A DNA stretch of 52,346 nucleotides from IMG/VR virus record IMGVR_UViG_3300044708_000075, positions 1 to 52,346 of that record; one strand, given 5' to 3'. A program made the position numbers and the translations under genes. The notes under the pieces were generated by a model. That model ran no database searches. It had not been told where the DNA came from and was given only the letters and a program-made list of their open reading frames with translations. Below are positions 35,921-43,598 of the stretch, piece by piece. Position 1 is the first letter of the stretch; each line of letters opens with the position of its first letter. The stretch comes from a virus (Duplodnaviria; Caudoviricetes).

Positions 35921-36472
35921 TTAGCACCCTTTCCTCCCCCGCAGCCCCATGTTCACCGCCCGATGCGTCTTCGCACCGCGCGGCACCTTGGCCTCTTCCA
36001 GATCGACCAGCCCAGCCTTCGCGAAACACTCCCGCATGTACCGCGGCGTCAGGATCGCACGGTGCATCCAATGCGTTCCCGAACCTTTGCGGTTATAATT
36101 AAGCAACCGCCCCGTACCCCACAGGAACGGGTGATCGCGGTGGAGATCGCGGCGCCAAGCCCCGGGCCGCGGACCGGCGCCGCCATCCTCCCAATCGACC
36201 AGCTGGCGCATCATTCGCGCGCCGTCGACGGTGTGAACCTCCAAAGTGCCGCCTGCCTTCAGGATCCGCGCCCATTCGGCGATCACGCCCTCGACCTCGT
36301 ACCATTCGACGTGCTCGATGCAGTGCGATGAATAGACCACGTCGAAGGTCGCGTCAGGAAACGGCGGCTTGCGCGCATCGCCTACATGGTCGGTGATCGG
36401 TGTCGGAACGACGTTCAACGTCTCGAACCCGGGCAGGCGCTCGTGCCCCGGCCCGATCTCCAGGCACCTCAC
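35921..36472 (-). CDS. Class I SAM-dependent methyltransferase
   Basis: LEIGPG, GDA..PF.DATFDVVYSSHCIEH, EWARILKAGG; no DPPY/NPPY or PC motif of DNA MTases. Confidence 0.85.
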   Translation of the reverse strand: MRCLEIGPGHERLPGFETLNVVPTPITDHVGDARKPPFPDATFDVVYSSHCIEHVEWYEVEGVIAEWARILKAGGTLEVHTVDGARMMRQLVDWEDGGAGPRPGAWRRDLHRDHPFLWGTGRLLNYNRKGSGTHWMHRAILTPRYMRECFAKAGLVDLEEAKVPRGAKTHRAVNMGLRGRKGC

Positions 36473-36813
36473 TTTTTGGCTTTCGCTCGCCGCTTCCTGC
36501 GCCGCTTGGCCGGAGCTTTCGGCTTGGGCTGTTCTTCGCGTTCGTCGGAAAAACTTCCCTGCCCGTCCGCCGATCTCGGGAGACTGCCCCCGGGCTTGCC
36601 GTCGCCGTCATGATCGAAGCGAGAGATCAATTCCTCAGGAACCGCGGGAAGCTCGGCGTCGGGCTCCTCGACCTCGAAGAACGGCTGCTTGCGCACGCGC
36701 GAGATTTCGAGAGGAACGACTGATCGCGTGGCTCCGGGCGGGACAAAGACGAGGCCGCCCAAGGTGTAAATACCCTGAGCGGCCTTCGACGTGTTTTTAA
36801 TCCGGTACTCCAC
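36469..36813 (-). CDS. Hypothetical protein downstream of MCP
   Basis: RBS gagg; FDHDGDGKPGGS motif and basic tail. Confidence 0.7.
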   Translation of the reverse strand: MEYRIKNTSKAAQGIYTLGGLVFVPPGATRSVVPLEISRVRKQPFFEVEEPDAELPAVPEELISRFDHDGDGKPGGSLPRSADGQGSFSDEREEQPKPKAPAKRRRKRRAKAKK

Positions 36814-36825
36814 CGGCTACCTCAC

Positions 36826-37794
36826 TTAGCTGCCGGATGCGGACGTGATCTCGTCGACGTAGGCCATTGCGCCCGGCAGGCGGATCTCGGTGCCGCCGGT
36901 GCGGGCAATGACGCCCTGCTGGTAGTGCATGAGGCCGACACGATGCACCGGAAGAACGCGCCGCGGCATCGGGAGGTGGAATTTCAGCACTTCCGGAGCC
37001 TTGCGGTACACGATCATGCGGCCGCCGCCGTCCTGGGAAGCCGTCGCGAGCGCGCGCAACGGCGCGATGTCGAGCGGCAGGCCAGTTTCGGCGGTGTAGA
37101 TGTTGTTCTTCCGCATGTAATCGAGCGCCGACATGGTGCCGCCCGAGTCGGTGAGGCGGCGGGTCGCGGCGAGCCGGAACGCCTGCGGAGGCAAGCGGAC
37201 CGTATCGGCCTGCTCGACCTCGCTCGAATTGGCGCGAACCGCTTCGAGACCGGCGTTGACGTCGGCTACCATCTCGTCGGCATCCTTGCCGTACCAGAAG
37301 GTCGAGCCGCTGACGGTCGCAGCATCGAAACGCTGGACGTTGCCGTCATTGGCGAGGCCGGTCGAATTGACCTCGTCGGATCCTGCGATCGCGATGTTGT
37401 AGAGCAGCCGCTCGACATCGTCGGCAGCGCCCATCGCGTCGTCGTTCACGACGTTGATGTTGTAGAGCTGGCCCTGCTCGGTCTCTTCGAGGCTCCATTC
37501 CCAGCCGGCGCCGACCATGAAGAAGTCATGAGTGAGCAGCGAGCGGGTGGTCTTGCCGAAGGGGATGTCCTTCGCCTTGCCGGAGATGATCTTGGCCTGG
37601 CCGCTGTGGTCGGCAATGCGGAACTGCGTGCCGATCGACCAGGGGTTGCCCTCGGTGACCACCGGAATGCTGTCCGCGTAGTTGTACGAGGGATAACGGC
37701 GCTGGTAGATCGCCGCCTCGATGTTGCGACCCTGCGCGGTGACGAAGGCGTAAGCAGCCTGCTCGTCAGAGATAAACGTCGGCATGGCAGTCAT
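36826..37794 (-). CDS. Major capsid protein (DUF2184-type, HK97 fold)
   Basis: RNIEAAIY..Y..IPV, GWEWSLEE, GLAND, GRMIVY, RTGGTEIRLP.A.AYVD. Confidence 0.88.
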   Translation of the reverse strand: MTAMPTFISDEQAAYAFVTAQGRNIEAAIYQRRYPSYNYADSIPVVTEGNPWSIGTQFRIADHSGQAKIISGKAKDIPFGKTTRSLLTHDFFMVGAGWEWSLEETEQGQLYNINVVNDDAMGAADDVERLLYNIAIAGSDEVNSTGLANDGNVQRFDAATVSGSTFWYGKDADEMVADVNAGLEAVRANSSEVEQADTVRLPPQAFRLAATRRLTDSGGTMSALDYMRKNNIYTAETGLPLDIAPLRALATASQDGGGRMIVYRKAPEVLKFHLPMPRRVLPVHRVGLMHYQQGVIARTGGTEIRLPGAMAYVDEITSASGS

Positions 37795-37807
37795 CTCATC
37801 AAGCTCC

Positions 37808-38293
37808 CTACGACAGGCGGCGGTTGCCGAGCGAGACTTCGACGATGTCGTCGGCACCTCCGCTCGTTTCGAAGCGTGCGTCCGGAATGGCGACGTTGGT
37901 GCCGCCGCTCGCGGTACTGTATTTGCCGGTCGCGCTGTCCCACGAGACATCATCGCCAGCCGCGACTGTGCCGCCGGCGGTGACGAAGATCGAACCCTGG
38001 GTCAGGAGCGCGGCCTGGGCATATTGCCCATACTGATCGGGAGTGGCGGCATTCGGCGCGACGGCCCGGTTGAGGATCGCGATGCCGAGGAAAGCGGCAC
38101 CGGAAACCATCAGGCGGCAGAGGTGATCGCCGGCAGCCGTTGTGTCCGCGCTGCGGGCCGCGGGTTGGCCGAAGCCGAGGCCGCCAGCCGTCTCAACCGT
38201 GCGGCTGATCGAGTTGAAGGTTTCCTCGTTCGCGATCGCGCCGGGCAGGCCGACGGCGGGATTCTCGGAATAGGTGCTCTGAGCAATGGCCAT
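37808..38293 (-). CDS. Head decoration / cement protein
   Basis: GLPG.IA..SRTVE..FG.P..FLGI..G.IFV; between protease and MCP. Confidence 0.8.
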   Translation of the reverse strand: MAIAQSTYSENPAVGLPGAIANEETFNSISRTVETAGGLGFGQPAARSADTTAAGDHLCRLMVSGAAFLGIAILNRAVAPNAATPDQYGQYAQAALLTQGSIFVTAGGTVAAGDDVSWDSATGKYSTASGGTNVAIPDARFETSGGADDIVEVSLGNRRLS

Positions 38294-38307
38294 GTCGATC
38301 TTTCCCT

Positions 38308-38862
38308 TTACGCGGCTTGCAGATGCTTGGGCTTCGAAGCTTCCGCGAGATCCTTCAGCATCCCGTCGTAAGAATCGCGGACCTTGGCATCGTCGGTCTT
38401 GGTGTCGGCCTGGTCGCGGATCGCGTCACGCACCGGGTCGGGCTGCTTCACGTCCTTCGCGAGAACCTTGAACGCACCGCCGATCGCGGCTTCGTCCAGA
38501 TCCTTTGCGCTGTCGCCGAGCTTGGCTTCGACCACGGCCTGGCGGATTTCCGCTTCGGTCTTGCCGTCGGTGACCACTTTGGGATCGATCGCCTTGGCGG
38601 TCGCGACGAGCGCGGCGCGGTCGGCGGCGAGCTTTTCGAGTTGCTCGGGCTTGACCTCGGCGTCTTTGAGCTTCTGCTCGAGCGCCGCGATCTCGCCATC
38701 CTTGGTGGAGACGGTGGCGGTCAACTCGCCGACCTTTTCATCGGCTTTCGCCTTGCCGTCGGTGAGGTCTTTGACCTGACCTTGCAGCTTCTCGATCGCG
38801 ACCTTGGCCTGGTCCGAAACGTCCGTGACCTGGAGGCCATCGATCATGAGAGTGTGCGGCAT
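38308..38862 (-). CDS. Nested in-frame scaffold protein (internal start MPHTLMIDG)
   Basis: GGAG-N8-ATG with an internal late promoter upstream. Confidence 0.65.
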   Translation of the reverse strand: MPHTLMIDGLQVTDVSDQAKVAIEKLQGQVKDLTDGKAKADEKVGELTATVSTKDGEIAALEQKLKDAEVKPEQLEKLAADRAALVATAKAIDPKVVTDGKTEAEIRQAVVEAKLGDSAKDLDEAAIGGAFKVLAKDVKQPDPVRDAIRDQADTKTDDAKVRDSYDGMLKDLAEASKPKHLQAA

Positions 38863-39561
38863 CTTGTCTTCTCCGTTTTGCCGGTCTCGAGCCCGGCGTA
38901 GGAAATCAACGTCATCCCGACGTGGAGCGCTCGTTTTATCGTCGGCGGTTTTGTCGTTGTAGGTTCGTTCGTCGAACAGCAGCAGCTCGAAGGCATCGGC
39001 GGGGAGCGACGTGCAGCGCGCAGCGTCGGCGATCCGGCATTCGGAGCCGGCGCGTCCCTGATCGACGATCGCAACATGGTTCCCGCGAATGGACGCTTGG
39101 CGGACTGGGCACTTGGTTCCGTCCGGCGCCGTATAATCACCGAACTCCAGGTCAGCCGCATAGCCGTTGCTGAGCTCGCGCTTGCCGGCCTCGACCGCGC
39201 CGATCGCCGCAGCGTCGGTCAGCAATAGGTCGAACGCGACATGCTCCCCGTCACGAACGGCGCCCATGACTACGCCGCGTGCATGATCGCGCCAATTGTC
39301 GGCGTTGACGGCGGCGCTCGGATGGTTGTCAGTGACCGGCTTGCCGATGAAACTGTGGACCGCCTTCTTATCGAACACGGTCGCTTCGTCGCGCAGGACA
39401 TTGACCACCGCCTGGTCGCGGAGCCCGTGCTTGTTCTCAGGATCGACCTCGGCGCCAGTGTATTTATAGACCCCGGTGCGACTGGCCTTTGCTCTGACGG
39501 CAAGGTAGCCGTCTGCGGTCTTGCGCGGCGCGTCTAGGGTCAATTTGTCAGCAAACAGCAT
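38308..39561 (-). CDS. Prohead protease/scaffold (DUF2213)
   Basis: TADGYL..RTGVY.Y, GKPVTDNHP, KRELSNGY, NHVAIVDQGRAG; coiled-coil C-terminal half. Confidence 0.9.
   Translation of the reverse strand: MLFADKLTLDAPRKTADGYLAVRAKASRTGVYKYTGAEVDPENKHGLRDQAVVNVLRDEATVFDKKAVHSFIGKPVTDNHPSAAVNADNWRDHARGVVMGAVRDGEHVAFDLLLTDAAAIGAVEAGKRELSNGYAADLEFGDYTAPDGTKCPVRQASIRGNHVAIVDQGRAGSECRIADAARCTSLPADAFELLLFDERTYNDKTADDKTSAPRRDDVDFLRRARDRQNGEDKMPHTLMIDGLQVTDVSDQAKVAIEKLQGQVKDLTDGKAKADEKVGELTATVSTKDGEIAALEQKLKDAEVKPEQLEKLAADRAALVATAKAIDPKVVTDGKTEAEIRQAVVEAKLGDSAKDLDEAAIGGAFKVLAKDVKQPDPVRDAIRDQADTKTDDAKVRDSYDGMLKDLAEASKPKHLQAA
38933..38967 (-). promoter_or_regulatory. Late promoter motif inside the protease gene
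   Basis: CGAACCTACA-N19-TAAAAC. Confidence 0.65.
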
Positions 39562-39567
39562 CGCCCA

Positions 39568-39602
39568 AAATTACGGGCGCGGGCGGTCAGGGTGTAGGTT
39601 CG
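39568..39602 (-). promoter_or_regulatory. Late promoter motif (leaderless geometry, protease)
   Basis: CGAACCTACA-N19-TAATTT-N6-ATG(39561). Confidence 0.78.
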
Positions 39603-39706
39603 CTGGGTGAGCCGAATAAGGGCTCGAATATATGCTTAAACATATAATGCTCGCTATGTGTATGGATTAGCGCGGTAAAATCCGTGCATTTAGTGAGCGG
39701 GCAAGC

Positions 39707-39734
39707 AAAAGGGGCCGAGTTTCCCCGACCCCTT
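39707..39734 (-). terminator. Rho-independent terminator
   Basis: Minus strand AAGGGGTCGGGGAAACTCGGCCCCTTTT. Confidence 0.65.
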
Positions 39735-39756
39735 CCGCGCAGGCCCCATCCGGCGT

Positions 39757-40023
39757 TTAACTGGCAGCGTCTTCGGCGTCCTCTTCGGCGGTAAGACCGC
39801 GAATGGCCTCTGCGGCCGCTTCGGCTTGGCCGGCGAGCGCATCGACCTGCGCCTGGTCGTTGTTGTCGGTCGCGGGGTTGCGGATCGCTGCGGCGAGGGC
39901 ATCGAGCCCAGTGGCAATGTCGGCGAATGCTGCGGTCAGCCTCGAGAAGTCGGCCATGTATAAAACTCCTATGAAAACAAGGAACCCAATGGCAGTTGCC
40001 AACGCCCAAACCGCCGCTTCCAC
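39757..40023 (-). CDS. Small Ala/Asp-rich helical protein; two in-frame starts (40023 with TM, 39957 without)
   Basis: aaggag-GTG at 40023 and aggag-ATG at 39957. Confidence 0.6.
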   Translation of the reverse strand: MEAAVWALATAIGFLVFIGVLYMADFSRLTAAFADIATGLDALAAAIRNPATDNNDQAQVDALAGQAEAAAEAIRGLTAEEDAEDAAS

Positions 40024-40043
40024 CGATGTCTCCTTACGAGGTC

Positions 40044-40078
40044 GGTTTACTCGTCAGCGGTGCGCGGCTGTAGGGTCG
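40044..40078 (-). promoter_or_regulatory. Late promoter motif
   Basis: CGACCCTACA-N19-TAAACC. Confidence 0.6.
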
Positions 40079-40248
40079 TTCGCCGGCCGCCAGCCCTTCC
40101 GATAGCGCCGGGCGGTGCGCGCGGAGACGCCGGCTTTCCACGCCGCGCGCTTGATCCCCTCGCCCTCAGCCAGCAGCGTCCGCACTTTCTCGACACGTTC
40201 CGCCGACCGCTTCTGGCGAGCGGCCATGGCGTGCTGCTGTAGCGTCAT
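40054..40248 (-). CDS. Small HTH protein
   Basis: LLAEGEGIKRAAWKAGVSARTARRY. Confidence 0.7.
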   Translation of the reverse strand: MTLQQHAMAARQKRSAERVEKVRTLLAEGEGIKRAAWKAGVSARTARRYRKGWRPANDPTAAHR

Positions 40249-41066
40249 GCGGCCTCATCCATTTCCGCGAACGTGACAACGCCTTGGGCCGTGCATCCGC
40301 AAAAGGGCGGGACCCCAGGCATGTCAGCAGGCGCGATCCCCGGATGCGCCCACGAATAGACCTGCCCGTTGCGAGCGAGATGCCAGGTTCGGGGATGCGC
40401 CTTGCCGGAGTGCCGCCACTTGAACGACGTGACCCCAGCCTGCTCCTGCCGCGCCTGGTTAAGCCGCGAGCCGAGCTTCACCGTCTGATCGGCGGCAATG
40501 CGCCGCGACCGCGCGCGTGCCAGCCCGACGGTTTCGCTGATCTCCTTCGCGATCTCGGCCGCGGGAGCTCGACGCTGGAACCCGGCGAACACCGAATTGG
40601 CGATCTTGCGCCTCGTCTCTTCTGACACATCCTTGATCAGGGCCGTGTTCCACTCGAGCGTCGCCTCGATCGTGTCGGTCATGTCCTCGGCGGTGAGCAC
40701 GGTCGAGAGGTCGACGCTTGTCGCCGACATGACGTTGCTGACCCACTTGCCGCGGTGCACGCGCTCGACATTGAGCGCCCAGCGGCGAAGGTCCGGCGTG
40801 AGGATGAGCACCAGCCGGCGGATTTCCTCGGCGATCTGGTCGATCGCGCTTCCCGTGCTGGCGGCGGTGTCGTGCCGCAGTTCGCTCAGCGTCCGCGCAT
40901 ATTCGTCGACGATGACGGGCGCGCGCTCGGCCCACAATGCAACGACCCTCAGGTAAAGCAGCGCGAGGTCGCCAGCCTGGGCCTGCGTCGGCGCGATGTT
41001 GGCCAGCGTGATCGGGCGCTTCGAGGGGCGGCGGGCATGGCGCGCGAGATCGACCTTGGGCGCCAC
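40245..41066 (-). CDS. Minor head protein (SPP1 gp7/MuF-like)
   Basis: IAADQT.KL, FKWRHSG..R..H.ARNG, PG..PFCGC. Confidence 0.88.
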   Translation of the reverse strand: MAPKVDLARHARRPSKRPITLANIAPTQAQAGDLALLYLRVVALWAERAPVIVDEYARTLSELRHDTAASTGSAIDQIAEEIRRLVLILTPDLRRWALNVERVHRGKWVSNVMSATSVDLSTVLTAEDMTDTIEATLEWNTALIKDVSEETRRKIANSVFAGFQRRAPAAEIAKEISETVGLARARSRRIAADQTVKLGSRLNQARQEQAGVTSFKWRHSGKAHPRTWHLARNGQVYSWAHPGIAPADMPGVPPFCGCTAQGVVTFAEMDEAA

Positions 41067-41069
41067 AAT

Positions 41070-41183
41070 TCAGAACAGCAGCGCGCCGAGCACGAAACTG
41101 GCCCCAGCGACCGCGGCTACGGTGAGGACGATCCTGCCCTTGAACTGCTTCAGCACGAAGGCTGCGGCTTCGGATTCTTTCAT
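41070..41183 (-). CDS. 37-aa single-TM protein
   Basis: RBS aggag; MKESEAAAFVLKQFKGRIVLTVAAVAGASFVLGALLF. Confidence 0.55.
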   Translation of the reverse strand: MKESEAAAFVLKQFKGRIVLTVAAVAGASFVLGALLF

Positions 41184-41193
41184 GGCGTCACTC

Positions 41194-41346
41194 CTATGCG
41201 AGCATTCGGCTGGCGATCAGGGCGGCGACGAGAAACGCGCCGGCCAGCATCCCGAGGGCGACCTTCGAGACGCGGAACACGGTCGGGAACGACGCGATGA
41301 CCAAGCAGACGAGCGCGCCGATCAGCAGGAAGAGAGAGATGCTCAT
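41194..41346 (-). CDS. 50-aa two-TM protein
   Basis: RBS gagga; MSISLFLLIGALVCLVIASFPTVFRVSKVALGMLAGAFLVAALIASRMLA. Confidence 0.55.
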   Translation of the reverse strand: MSISLFLLIGALVCLVIASFPTVFRVSKVALGMLAGAFLVAALIASRMLA

Positions 41347-41349
41347 GGG

Positions 41350-43365
41350 CTATTCCTCGGTGAGTGTTTCTTGCCAGTCGTCGACGATCTCAGCAAAAAT
41401 CTCCGGTCCGAAGACGAGCTCGCCGCGGTAGGGTTCAACAGTCGCGAGATCGACGCCATCGCCGTCGTAGGTGATCGTGACGTGGGGCTGGTAGTCCTCG
41501 AAATCGTGGCTGGCGCCGTTGCGAACCATGTCCTCGTGCCGCCACGACAGCGGCGACGAACTGAACAGCAGCACGACCGCGCCATCGCCGCCAAGCGCTT
41601 CGACCAAGCGCGCGCCACCGGGCGGCACCTTCAGCTTGCCCTCCGCATCTTGGTCCCAGCCAGAACCCATCTTCATCCAGTCGACTGCGGTCTTCGAATA
41701 GAGGACCGTGACGTGCATCTCGTCGACGGGAACGGTGGTCTTGAAGCCCTGCGCCTTCGCCCATTTGATCAGCGCATCGGCATTGAGCAGCTTGCGGCTG
41801 ACGTAGAGCGTGCGCGGCGAGGCGTCCGCGAGCAGCAACATGGCCGCGTCTTTCGGCTTGATCGTGCCGGCCTTGCGCATTTTTGTAACGAGCGCGACTT
41901 TCGTCGGATCGGGCTGCTTGGCGGGTGGCTGTTGCTCGAGCGGCGGCACCAGCGTCTCGTCGGGCTGGTTGAGCGGATCCAGCGACGGATCCGCCGCAAT
42001 CGCAGCCTCCGCATCCTCGAACGCCTTCTCAGAGCCCGGGAAGCGACCGCTCTCGATCATGGAATTCTTCGCGATCTCGGACAAAGCGATGTCGGGAATG
42101 AGCCCGCTGTCGGCGTAGACCTTGAACGTGTCCGCGCGCTGCTTCTCGATCGTCGCTGCGTCCTTCTCGTCCATTTGCGCCAAAGGCGCGAATTCGTAGT
42201 AGACGTCGCTGGGCTTCGAGCCGAGCGCGGACGGGATCAGCAGTTCGTCGATGCGATCCAGCGCCGGGCACAGGAGCTCGTTCTGGCGGGCGCGCACCAT
42301 CGCCTGATAATCGCGCTCCTCCCCATCGCCGGTCGATTGCAGGCCCTTGGGCGAAACGCCGAGCAGGCGGGTGAGTGGAATGTCCGCGGCGCCAGCGACC
42401 GCGTTGAGGAAGGATTCCATGATCTCGGGCATCCCGGCCCAGGTGACCTGGAACTGCGCCCACTCCTCCTCCTTATCGAGGATCTTGGCCCGCCATACCG
42501 ACTGCCCCATCTTCGCCGCGCTGAGGCGTCGGCCGAGCCTTCCTTCGTATTCCGGTGTCGAGGCCATGGCGGTGAGATCGGGGATCTTCAGGATGTCGAG
42601 CTTGGCCTCGTCGATGAGCGCCGCGAACCCGTCCTGCGCCAAGGTCGCATTGCGCACCGCCTGGCCGATCGACTGCATGATCGGGTCGCCCCAAAACCAC
42701 GACGCGCCGGTGATCATCGAGCCTTCGGGTGCGCGCTGGCCGATGAACGGAACGACGCGCGACGGGTGAAGCTTGACCTGCTTGCCGTCGGTCGTGTTGA
42801 TGGTGAAGTTCTCGGGCTGGCCGAACCAAGGATCAGCGGGATCGCGGCGCTCGGTGCCTTCGGTCAGCTGGTAGCGGCTCATCACGTGGACATAGGTTAG
42901 GCCCCCTTTCGCCACCGCTTCGACGTTGAGCTCTTCCTCCGGGTTCGCGTCTTTCGTGCCGAGGATGAGCGCGCTGCCGCCGAACAGCCGCGAGAGGACC
43001 AACGCGCGCTGGCACTTGGCCTTGAGCTGCAGCCGCTTTTCCTCCGCCTCGAGCTTCTCGATGACGTCGCCTTCGGCCTGCCAGTCGCGCCATTCCCGGG
43101 TCATGTCGAACGGCGGGATGTCGATGATCTTGCGAACCAGCCAATCCTCGCGATAGGCGGCCTCGGCCTGCACCGGATCGAGCGGCGTGAACGTGTAGAA
43201 ATCGTAGACGCGGCGATCGACGGTCGTGCCCTTGCCCGACATGATGTTGGTGAGGCCGTCGGACCCGAAGAACGAGACCACGTTCTGGCGGGCGGGGATG
43301 ATCTCGCCGCCGCCGTCCATCAGGAATCCCGGCTTGGGGCGGACGTTGACGATGCGGCCGGACAT
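41350..43365 (-). CDS. Portal protein (DUF1073-type) with C-terminal 2H-phosphoesterase (Acb1-like) domain
   Basis: AYREDWLVRKIIDIP..MTREW, RLFGG, LHPSRV, IPLTRLLG.SP.G..TG; C-terminal MHVTVLYS and YQPHVTITY. Confidence 0.9.
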   Translation of the reverse strand: MSGRIVNVRPKPGFLMDGGGEIIPARQNVVSFFGSDGLTNIMSGKGTTVDRRVYDFYTFTPLDPVQAEAAYREDWLVRKIIDIPPFDMTREWRDWQAEGDVIEKLEAEEKRLQLKAKCQRALVLSRLFGGSALILGTKDANPEEELNVEAVAKGGLTYVHVMSRYQLTEGTERRDPADPWFGQPENFTINTTDGKQVKLHPSRVVPFIGQRAPEGSMITGASWFWGDPIMQSIGQAVRNATLAQDGFAALIDEAKLDILKIPDLTAMASTPEYEGRLGRRLSAAKMGQSVWRAKILDKEEEWAQFQVTWAGMPEIMESFLNAVAGAADIPLTRLLGVSPKGLQSTGDGEERDYQAMVRARQNELLCPALDRIDELLIPSALGSKPSDVYYEFAPLAQMDEKDAATIEKQRADTFKVYADSGLIPDIALSEIAKNSMIESGRFPGSEKAFEDAEAAIAADPSLDPLNQPDETLVPPLEQQPPAKQPDPTKVALVTKMRKAGTIKPKDAAMLLLADASPRTLYVSRKLLNADALIKWAKAQGFKTTVPVDEMHVTVLYSKTAVDWMKMGSGWDQDAEGKLKVPPGGARLVEALGGDGAVVLLFSSSPLSWRHEDMVRNGASHDFEDYQPHVTITYDGDGVDLATVEPYRGELVFGPEIFAEIVDDWQETLTEE

Positions 43366-43372
43366 GGACGCG

Positions 43373-43407
43373 AAATTACGGCGAGGCGGGCTTAGGCTGT
43401 AGGGTCG
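43373..43407 (-). promoter_or_regulatory. Late promoter motif (leaderless geometry, portal)
   Basis: CGACCCTACA-N19-TAATTT-N7-ATG(43365). Confidence 0.78.
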
Positions 43408-43585
43408 CTAGGCGGAGAAGGGAGGGGCATCCAGTGCGTCGGCTCGATCGGAGAGTAAGTTTCTTCGCCCATATCCCACCAGCGCTGCTCGCTTTCGACC
43501 CATTCAGGAATGACGCAATAGCCAGCCCACACGAGAATTGCCTCACCCCCTTCGGCGCAGTTTCAATCGGATGCCAGCCAGCCAT
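43392..43585 (-). pseudogene. DUF551-like gene broken by a 1-nt frameshift in a G5 run
   Basis: WHPIETAPK in one frame; EAILVW..PTHWMPLPSPP in another; the switch is at 43546..43550. Confidence 0.7.
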
Positions 43586-43598
43586 GCTTCACCCTACC

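Noticed and set aside
35921-36472. DNA methyltransferase / restriction-modification pair with the adjacent HNH
   Set aside because: Lacks DNA MTase catalytic motifs; resembles small-molecule/glycan MTases, and the HNH looks like a mobile insertion
40996-42900. 634-aa plus-strand ORF (and similar long ORFs such as 1897..3195, 17226..18227, 28951..29868, 36925..37983)
   Set aside because: Antisense shadows of well-supported genes, expected from high G/C at third positions; no motifs
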